Positions 58,096-64,000 of a stretch of 64,000 nucleotides of DNA are shown piece after piece; positions within the stretch are counted from its first letter, which is position 1; every line of letters starts with the position of its first letter. The translations under genes were made by a program, and so were the position numbers. This DNA is from Bacillota bacterium. GTDB taxonomy: Bacteria; Bacillota; Negativicutes; CTSoil-072. The notes under the pieces were generated by a model. That model was not told the origin of the DNA. It saw only the letters and a program-made list of their open reading frames with translations, and did no database searches. Where the stretch lies: NCBI GenBank assembly GCA_017889545.1, contig JAGFZV010000016.1, forward strand, positions 9,124 to 73,123, read 5' to 3'.

Positions 58096-59475
58096 TTATT
58101 TTTCGACAAAGTCGCTTCCCAAAATAATCGTTACCGGGATGGCACGGCTATCGTCTTTTGTAATCTGCAAAACGTAGTTGAACGGCAACGCCGTAAGCTT
58201 GTTTACTACTGCATTATTCATCGTATGGGATATGACCAGCGTATTTTTTTGCCGCGTAGAGCTTCCGCTTATGCCGGTTACTTCAAAACCGCGGCTTCGT
58301 GCCATCGCGGCCGCACGGTCCCCTGCATCAGGAGAACCGCTGGCATTTACAATTTCAAGCCGCACTTTACCATCATTGGCCGGCGCTGATAAAGACGTGG
58401 AAGGCGATGTCGTTTGTCCGGCAGTCTTTGGCTTTTCAATTATTTTCGATTTGTCTGCCGGAGTTTCAGGGAGCATCGGCTTCAAGGTCTTCGGCAGTTC
58501 GGTCACTTTCATTTCGGGCGGTATCGAGGCGGTGTATTCATTCGACATCCGCTGTGTTTCCGTTTCATAGCGATTATTGACCGGTAAGTTTTCCGTCTGT
58601 GCGACATGAGCGCGCAAAGCGGCAATATCCGGCAGCCAATAACTGATTTCCCCAATAAAAGCCGGTTTACCCGGAACCATATATGTTTTTAGCCCTTGCT
58701 TATATGCATCATGAAGCAAATTCGCCAACTGGATCATCTTGCTGGTAGGCATATCCGTTTTCACAGCGCCGCTGACCTCACGGATAATAGATGGTACACG
58801 AGGAATCACGCTTGGACTCATTACTTCGGCAAACATTGCTTTAATAAACTTTTGCTGCCGATTAATACGGCCGATATCGCCTTCTTCATCACGATACCGA
58901 ACGTATTGGATGGCAGTTTTGCCATCCATTCTCTGCTCGCCAGGCTTCAAGTTGATGACTAAATCATCGTAAGGATCTGTGTAATACATCCGTTTTTCCA
59001 CATTGATCGTGACACCGCCAACGGCGTCAATCATTTTGTAAAAGCCGTTGAAATTAACCGCAATATAGTAGTCCATCGGAATTCCCATCAATGATTCCAC
59101 CGCTTGGCGGGCCAATTTTTGCCCCCCTAATGCATACGCATGATTGATTTTATCCCAGCCGTGTCCGGGAATTTTCATTCGCGTATCCCGCGGCACGGAT
59201 AAAAGGGAAACCTCCCTGGTTTTTGGGTCAATCGTAAAAACCATCATTGTATCCGACCGTCCTGTATCATCAGAACGCTCATCAACACCCAGAACCAATA
59301 CGTTCAGTTTGCCATTTCCCCCCATCAGCGCGCTGCCCAGATTGCCGCCGAAAAACCACCAATAGGAAGCTGCCGCGACAGCAAAAAACAGGAATAGCAA
59401 CCCGATGATCACAACAATGCGCTTCTTCCGGTTCCTTTTTTGTTCCGTCAAACGTCTTTCTAATCTTGATGCCAT
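58096..59475 (-). CDS. LytR-CpsA-Psr (LCP) family cell-envelope phosphotransferase with a C-terminal LytR_C domain
   Basis: The start is reset to MASRLERRL. A TM anchor is followed by the LCP core (VLVLGVDERSDDTGRSDTMMVFTI...LSVPRDT). Confidence 0.7.
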   Translation of the reverse strand: MASRLERRLTEQKRNRKKRIVVIIGLLFLFFAVAAASYWWFFGGNLGSALMGGNGKLNVLVLGVDERSDDTGRSDTMMVFTIDPKTREVSLLSVPRDTRMKIPGHGWDKINHAYALGGQKLARQAVESLMGIPMDYYIAVNFNGFYKMIDAVGGVTINVEKRMYYTDPYDDLVINLKPGEQRMDGKTAIQYVRYRDEEGDIGRINRQQKFIKAMFAEVMSPSVIPRVPSIIREVSGAVKTDMPTSKMIQLANLLHDAYKQGLKTYMVPGKPAFIGEISYWLPDIAALRAHVAQTENLPVNNRYETETQRMSNEYTASIPPEMKVTELPKTLKPMLPETPADKSKIIEKPKTAGQTTSPSTSLSAPANDGKVRLEIVNASGSPDAGDRAAAMARSRGFEVTGISGSSTRQKNTLVISHTMNNAVVNKLTALPFNYVLQITKDDSRAIPVTIILGSDFVEK

Positions 59476-59585
59476 AAAGCGCATTCCTTCTCTCTGCTTG
59501 TTCTTGTAAAATATCAGAAAACACGCCTCCAAATCGCAGGAGGCGTGTTTACGTGTACCAAAATGAATAACACAGTTCAAGCCAA

Positions 59586-59825
59586 CTAGTCGATCGTGTA
59601 GCCCGCATCCTCTACTGCAGATTTGATGTCTTGCAGTGAAGTCTTAGCAGGATCAAAATCCACTTGCAAACTGTTTGCCGCCAAATCAACTTCAGCCGTC
59701 AGCACTCCAGGCAATCCTCTAACTGCCTTTTCCACTGCGTTTTTACAATGCCCGCAAGTCATCCCTGCTACCATAAGCTTAACATGCGTCATTTCAGGTC
59801 CATGACAACCACAATTTTTGCACAT
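59586..59825 (-). CDS. small heavy-metal-associated (HMA, CopZ-like) protein with an N-terminal CxxCGCHG extension
   Basis: 79 aa with the MTCGHC metal-binding loop in a ferredoxin-like fold, preceded by MCKNCGCHG. RBS AAGGAG. Confidence 0.65.
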   Translation of the reverse strand: MCKNCGCHGPEMTHVKLMVAGMTCGHCKNAVEKAVRGLPGVLTAEVDLAANSLQVDFDPAKTSLQDIKSAVEDAGYTID

Positions 59826-60126
59826 ATTCCTTCACTCCTTGTCCAATATGAAATTTGCCAAGATGATAGTGTCCCGCCGATATGCATTCCGTTACGGTAT
59901 AGCCGGCGGCCTTCACTGCCGCTTCTATCTCTTCCATCGGTGTTTTTGCCGGATCGAAGTCAACTTGCAGCCGCCTTGCCACTAAATCCACTTCAGCCAT
60001 CATCACGCCCGGCAGACATCTTACCGCTTTTTCCACCATCTTTTTACAATCGTTATTTTTCATATCCGGCACTATAATAGTTGCTTTTTCCACCTTGCCC
60101 CCATGACAGCCACAACTTTTGCACAT
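59794..60126 (-). CDS. HMA-like paralog with a degenerate metal-binding loop and the same CxxCGCHG N-terminal motif
   Basis: The start is reset to MCKSCGCHGGK (RBS GGGAGCGAAGG). The HMA-fold sequence is conserved (…MAEVDLVARRLQVDFDPAKT…AAVKAAGYTV), but the MxCxxC loop is replaced by DMKNNDC. The 3' end overlaps the downstream gene start. Confidence 0.5.
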   Translation of the reverse strand: MCKSCGCHGGKVEKATIIVPDMKNNDCKKMVEKAVRCLPGVMMAEVDLVARRLQVDFDPAKTPMEEIEAAVKAAGYTVTECISAGHYHLGKFHIGQGVKEYVQKLWLSWT

Positions 60127-60463
60127 ACACCTTCGCTCCCTATCCGGTATAATCAGTTTCATGCTATGACAGCATCGAAATTGTATGAAACTACTTTTCC
60201 ATTATTATTCGCCCCGAAAAAACAAAAACCTGCCAAGATTGAACAATAGACAATATTTACCCCACTAAAAAGTCTTACGGACAAAAATGGGTAAGGTCGA
60301 TAATTGTCAGAATGTTAACATAAGCATAGGTTAATTAACCCTATCTTTGTTATGGGGTTCTAGTCGCTGATTTTGCCCTTTTCCCGCTACGCTTTATTCG
60401 TATGAACATGATATAATGCAGGTAATAACAAATTACATACTTTCCTGAAGGGAGCGTGTTCTC

Positions 60464-60739
60464 ATGAATTCCAGCATTCCAGCCAAACCAATGCCCCCAC
60501 TTGATGGTTTCGCAGTTCAAAAGTTGGAAGACGCACTCAGCAAATCCCCTAGGAATGCTATCTTACTAAAAATCGGCAATGTTCTTTATCAACTATCGCG
60601 GGAAGGAAACTGGTTCAAATTCTCCTTGTTAACCAAAAAAAGAACCATCAAACGGGCTACCTTGTTTCAAACGCTGACGGAAGTATACAACCAGGCAATG
60701 CATGGTCAAAACTGGCAGATTGCCGGTTGTACGGCATAA
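60464..60739 (+). CDS. hypothetical small protein (91 aa)
   Basis: Good RBS GAAGGGAG 8 nt upstream of the ATG. No recognisable domain. Confidence 0.35.
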   Translation: MNSSIPAKPMPPLDGFAVQKLEDALSKSPRNAILLKIGNVLYQLSREGNWFKFSLLTKKRTIKRATLFQTLTEVYNQAMHGQNWQIAGCTA

Positions 60740-60862
60740 AAATCACTTCTTTCAGGTGGAATTGCCTGTGCAAAGGGGAAAGAAACTTTTCATAAAAACG
60801 AAGCGGGTTCAGGAAACTGGATCCGTTTCATTTTTTTAATCTAATCTTTCGCCCGGAAATGA

Positions 60863-61498
60863 CTAGCATATTTTTCGATAAACATTTAAAAAGTTGCGGA
60901 CAACCTGCGCCGTAAGCCCCCAGATGACATACGGTCCATAAGAATAAAAAAACACTTGATAAGTTTTACGCCGTTTCCATTCTGCTGAATATCCTTGCGG
61001 CAGCAGATCAAACGGAAAATTCGCCATGGGGCGGGTCGCCAATTCCATTTGCGCAGTTAAGGGTTCAGCCTTCAGCAAAAATTGCAGCGGCACCGAAAAA
61101 ACTTCGGCGACCTCGCTATGGTTCGGCTTAATAGAAGTATCCTTTTGTATCAGTGCGACAAAAGGATACAAGGTGACGCCGATCGGACTCACGATATAAT
61201 CAAGAGGTCCTACGACTTGAATTTCATTTACTGCAATTCCCAATTCCTCGCTAGTTTCCCGCACGGCAGCTGCTTGCGGACTGACATCGCCAGACTCAAT
61301 ACGGCCACCAGGCAAGCAAATTTCTCCCGGTTGCCAATTCAGCCGCTGTGAGCGTACCTCAAATAAAATCGACAGCTCGCCATCACGCTGAACTAACGGC
61401 AAAGTCACTGCTGAACCCCAATCATCCACTTCGCTGCTAACGACAGGCAGATGAGCTGACAACAATGCGGAAAGCCGTTGGCAGCATTCTTTATCCAT
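60863..61498 (-). CDS. Nudix hydrolase (CoA pyrophosphatase NudL-like)
   Basis: Nudix box LPGGRIESGDVSPQAAAVRETSEELGI. The start is set to MDKECCQRL (RBS GGAGACGG). Confidence 0.6.
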   Translation of the reverse strand: MDKECCQRLSALLSAHLPVVSSEVDDWGSAVTLPLVQRDGELSILFEVRSQRLNWQPGEICLPGGRIESGDVSPQAAAVRETSEELGIAVNEIQVVGPLDYIVSPIGVTLYPFVALIQKDTSIKPNHSEVAEVFSVPLQFLLKAEPLTAQMELATRPMANFPFDLLPQGYSAEWKRRKTYQVFFYSYGPYVIWGLTAQVVRNFLNVYRKIC

Positions 61499-61530
61499 TA
61501 TACAAACCGTCTCCATTCTTTAATTCCAAG

Positions 61531-62556
61531 TTATTCTTGCCCTGCTAATTCGACCTTTCCCTGTAAACCGGGAGTAACGACAAGCCTGCCATCTTTCGTG
61601 ACAACAATAGCCTCTGTCCCGGGAAACTGTTTTAACAATTCGAAGCCTCGTTCAATACCAAGAACAAAAACAGCCGTTCCCAAAATATCCCCATCGCCAG
61701 AACTGCTGTTAATCGTCGTAACACTAATGATCTCACGCGGCTGCATTCCTGTACGCGGATCCAGAATATGGGAATAACGAACCTGATCTTTCATAAAATA
61801 GCGCTGATAATCGCCGGAAGTTTCCATTGTGTCCCAATCGGTCAGTGATAGTTTGGCAATGACTTTATCCGAGTTGCGAGGATCTTGAACCCCGATCCGC
61901 CACGGCTTTTTATCCGGCCGTTGGCCGATCACCCGGACATCCCCGCCGGCATTAACCAACGCGGATGTGATGCCTTTGTTCTTTAAAATTTCAATCGCTT
62001 TATCCGTTGAATATCCTTTTGCAATACCGCCCAAATCGAGAAGCATGCCCTTCTGTGCAAGATAAATCGTCTGATCCGTCGAATCAACTTCAATTTGATG
62101 ATAATTAACCAGTGGCAGAACCTGTTGAATCTCGTCACGGGAAGGAATAAACTCACTCTTGTGCCCAATCCCCCATAAGGAGGTCAGTGGCCCAATACTG
62201 AGATCAAACACACCGTCTAACCGGTCTGACAATTCGTTAGACCGAGAAATCATGGCAATCAGATCAGGATCCGCCTTCACTTTCTCTTTTCCGGCCTGCT
62301 GATTGATTTTGGAAACCTGGCTATCCGGCGAGAAATGATCCGTGATGTCATGAAGCCTTTTAAACTCAGCAAACGCTGCTTTCACCGCCGACTCTGCGTT
62401 TGGCCCATAAGCAGTAATTTCGATCACTGTATCCATCAAAAACTGCGTCTCTTTATAAGGTTTAAGTTCCGACACCGAATTGAAAGAACAGCCAAGACAA
62501 ACCAGCGCAATCCCCAGAAGCACACCAAAAGCTTTCCATCTTTGCTTAAATCGCAT
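61531..62556 (-). CDS. apbE: FAD:protein FMN transferase ApbE (lipoprotein)
   Basis: Lipobox LGIALVCLGCS. ApbE blocks are present (FLMDTVIEITAYG; LDLGGIAKGYSTD). Confidence 0.75.
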   Translation of the reverse strand: MRFKQRWKAFGVLLGIALVCLGCSFNSVSELKPYKETQFLMDTVIEITAYGPNAESAVKAAFAEFKRLHDITDHFSPDSQVSKINQQAGKEKVKADPDLIAMISRSNELSDRLDGVFDLSIGPLTSLWGIGHKSEFIPSRDEIQQVLPLVNYHQIEVDSTDQTIYLAQKGMLLDLGGIAKGYSTDKAIEILKNKGITSALVNAGGDVRVIGQRPDKKPWRIGVQDPRNSDKVIAKLSLTDWDTMETSGDYQRYFMKDQVRYSHILDPRTGMQPREIISVTTINSSSGDGDILGTAVFVLGIERGFELLKQFPGTEAIVVTKDGRLVVTPGLQGKVELAGQE

Positions 62557-62869
62557 TCCTAGTCCCTTTCCCAGATATATTTTAATTTGAAGATCTGTAG
62601 TAACGGCTGCAAGACTTCTTAAGAATTAAGCCTCACTATATATTGTACTGTAAAAACGCTTATATGAAAAGAAAAAGACGGACCTTCACGGCAGGGGAAA
62701 TGCATGCTCAAGGCAACGCATAACCACCGCTAACAGGTCTGTCTTTTTCATTACGAACTATGCCTTCATTATAGCGCATCAAAGATCACGTGTCTACAGA
62801 ATTTTGTATACATTATTACAAGTTTTAAAATAAACGTCTATTTAGCCGAAAATATTTTCCCAAAACAAA

Positions 62870-62897
62870 AAGGTCATGCCGCCAGCATGACCTTTTT
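62870..62897. terminator. Rho-independent terminator downstream of tRNA-Arg (hairpin flanked by an A-run and a T-run)
   Basis: aaaacaaaa-AGGTCATGC-cgcca-GCATGACCT-ttttt. Confidence 0.5.
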
Positions 62898-63063
62898 GCG
62901 GGAAAAAAGAACTTCGATCTATGTCATCGAATACATAGTTTCCGTTCCGAGGTTCTTTTTTCCCTATCCCCCAACCACATCACCATAATCAAATATATCG
63001 TAAAAACCCAAATTTGTCAATCAATTTAGACAATCGTCCAACATGGATTTTCTTTAAATAATA

Positions 63064-63140
63064 TGGTGACCCCGGAGGGATTCGAACCCCCGACCCTCTG
63101 GTTCGAAGCCAGATGCTCTATCCAGCTGAGCTACGGAGTC
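63064..63140 (-). tRNA. tRNA-Arg (anticodon UCG), CCA-encoded
   Basis: A manual cloverleaf fold of the reverse complement gives a 7-bp acceptor stem, D-stem GCTC/GAGC, and anticodon stem TCTGG/CCAGA. The anticodon loop is CTTCGAA (U33, anticodon TCG, A37). The T-loop is TTCGAAT, the discriminator is A73, and there is a 3' CCA. Confidence 0.65.
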
Positions 63141-63212
63141 ACTATTTTCATTGTTATATTCTTGAAAAAAGCTTAGAATCCTTCTGCCTAGTAAAAAAGT
63201 GATTTTGCAGAC

Positions 63213-64000
63213 TCAATCTTTAAGTACATCGATCATATTTTGCACAGCAAGATAATCCATCTGCCGCAAAATCTCGGAAGTATAAGAAGCAATGTGCGCG
63301 GTAGCAACCAGATTATCGAATTTTTCATTTAATAAAGGATCGTTTACAGCGGGCTCTACAGGATGCACATCAATGCCGGCGCCGGCTATCTGTTTTGTCA
63401 GCAAAGCGTTTCTTAATCCCGCCCCATCGATCAGACCTGCACGGGCTGCATTAATCAAAAAAGCGCTTGACTTCATCATTGCAAATTGGTCCGGCCCGAT
63501 CAAACCACGTGTTTGATCGTTTAAGCTGCAATGAAGAGTTACAAAATCACTGTTTCGTAATAATGTTTCAAAATCACAAACCTCAATGTTTTCCTGAGTG
63601 AGATATTTTTCGTCCGCATAAGGATCAAAAGCAATTACTTTCATGTCAAATCCTTTGGCGCGTTTCGCTACCGCCTTGCCAATACGTCCTAATCCGACAA
63701 TGCCCAGCGTTTTTCCCCATACGTTAGAAGCGACCGGCCGGAACCAGCGGTTAGAGCGCAACGCACGGTCCACTTCGGCAATCCTTCTGGCAACGGAAAT
63801 CATCAAACCGAACGTCAAGTCCGCTACTGCTTCATGGTCTTGACACCGGTCCGTGGTTCTTACCGCAACACCATAATCGGTTGCTGCACGCAAGTCAATA
63901 TTGTCGGTTCCCACTCCATGTCTGGATACAACTTTCAAATCCGGGCATTGTTCAAATACTTGGCGCGTCATTTCATCCGAGCCGGAATAAACAAGGATCC
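63213..64000 (-). CDS. D-isomer-specific 2-hydroxyacid dehydrogenase (partial; N-terminus beyond window end)
   Basis: NAD-binding GxGxxG (GIVGLGRIGKAVAKRA) and the catalytic His/Glu/Arg region (ATAHIASYT) of the 2-Hacid_dh family. The ORF runs off the window edge. Confidence 0.65.
   Translation of the reverse strand, partial: ILVYSGSDEMTRQVFEQCPDLKVVSRHGVGTDNIDLRAATDYGVAVRTTDRCQDHEAVADLTFGLMISVARRIAEVDRALRSNRWFRPVASNVWGKTLGIVGLGRIGKAVAKRAKGFDMKVIAFDPYADEKYLTQENIEVCDFETLLRNSDFVTLHCSLNDQTRGLIGPDQFAMMKSSAFLINAARAGLIDGAGLRNALLTKQIAGAGIDVHPVEPAVNDPLLNEKFDNLVATAHIASYTSEILRQMDYLAVQNMIDVLKD

Noticed and set aside
60740-60862. Short hairpin (gaaac...gtttc) followed by a T7 run after the 91-aa hypothetical gene
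   Set aside because: The stem is only about 5 bp, too weak to call confidently, though the T-run suggests some termination.
1-64000. CRISPR arrays, rRNA genes, intact insertion sequences or integrase genes
   Set aside because: No regularly spaced direct repeats, no rRNA-like conserved stretches, and no transposase/integrase-like ORFs were found. The only mobility signal is the compositional island at 26.7-29.8 kb.

Overview
This 64-kb chromosomal window is from a moderate-GC anaerobic Firmicute, judged by gene content and synteny (Negativicutes- or Peptococcaceae-like); that taxonomic guess is inference. It is densely coding, and many adjacent genes overlap at start/stop codons.

Main blocks, left to right:
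- 1-5.7 kb: a minus-strand run of a Leu/Phe-type dehydrogenase, an arylsulfotransferase-like propeller protein, an NhaC antiporter, an alpha/beta hydrolase and a GlcG/HbpS-like protein.
- 5.9-15.2 kb: a lactate-utilisation locus. It holds a Crp/Fnr regulator, a GntR regulator, nickel-dependent lactate racemase LarA, a GlcF-like Fe-S subunit, two GlcD-like FAD oxidases and the LctP permease. Perfect palindromes that could be operators lie in its promoter regions.
- 16.1-20.1 kb: a nitrite/sulfite-reductase-domain protein, a ferredoxin-nitroreductase fusion, and an OmpR-type two-component system.
- 20.4-26.6 kb: a six-gene plus-strand operon. NapG-like and NapH-like ferredoxins are followed by DmsA, DmsB, DmsC and a TorD/DmsD chaperone, forming a Tat-exported molybdopterin S-/N-oxide reductase.
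- 26.7-29.8 kb: a low-GC 3-kb accessory island. It carries a QueE/NrdG-like radical SAM enzyme, an ATP-grasp ligase, a possible small peptide ORF, and two decayed gene remnants. One remnant is a 50-codon C-terminal fragment of a second ATP-grasp gene.
- 29.8-35.3 kb: rlmH, htrA and yycJ in conserved synteny, then a PMM/PGM-family mutase, deoC and an EamA transporter.
- 35.4-40.9 kb: an operon of an IlvD/EDD dehydratase, a second LarA-family (DUF2088) enzyme, PdxA2 and a DUF1537 four-carbon acid-sugar kinase. This is a candidate undescribed epimerase-assisted tetronate (threonate/erythronate) catabolic route.
- 41-51 kb: a Fur-family regulator, a DMT transporter, Tex, FtcD cyclodeaminase, FakA/FakB (DAK2/DegV), and an FtsA-like ATPase fused to about five ThiS-like beta-grasp repeats.
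- 50.4-57.9 kb: a Crp regulator followed by the heme operon sirC-hemA-hemC-cobA/hemD-hemB-hemL.
- 58-64 kb: an LCP protein, two tandem small HMA (CopZ-like) proteins with unusual Cys-rich N-termini, a Nudix hydrolase, ApbE, tRNA-Arg, and a partial D-2-hydroxyacid dehydrogenase.

No CRISPR array, rRNA gene or intact IS element was seen. Several Rho-independent terminators and candidate operator repeats are annotated. All functional calls rest on motif recognition from the provided translations, not on database searches.
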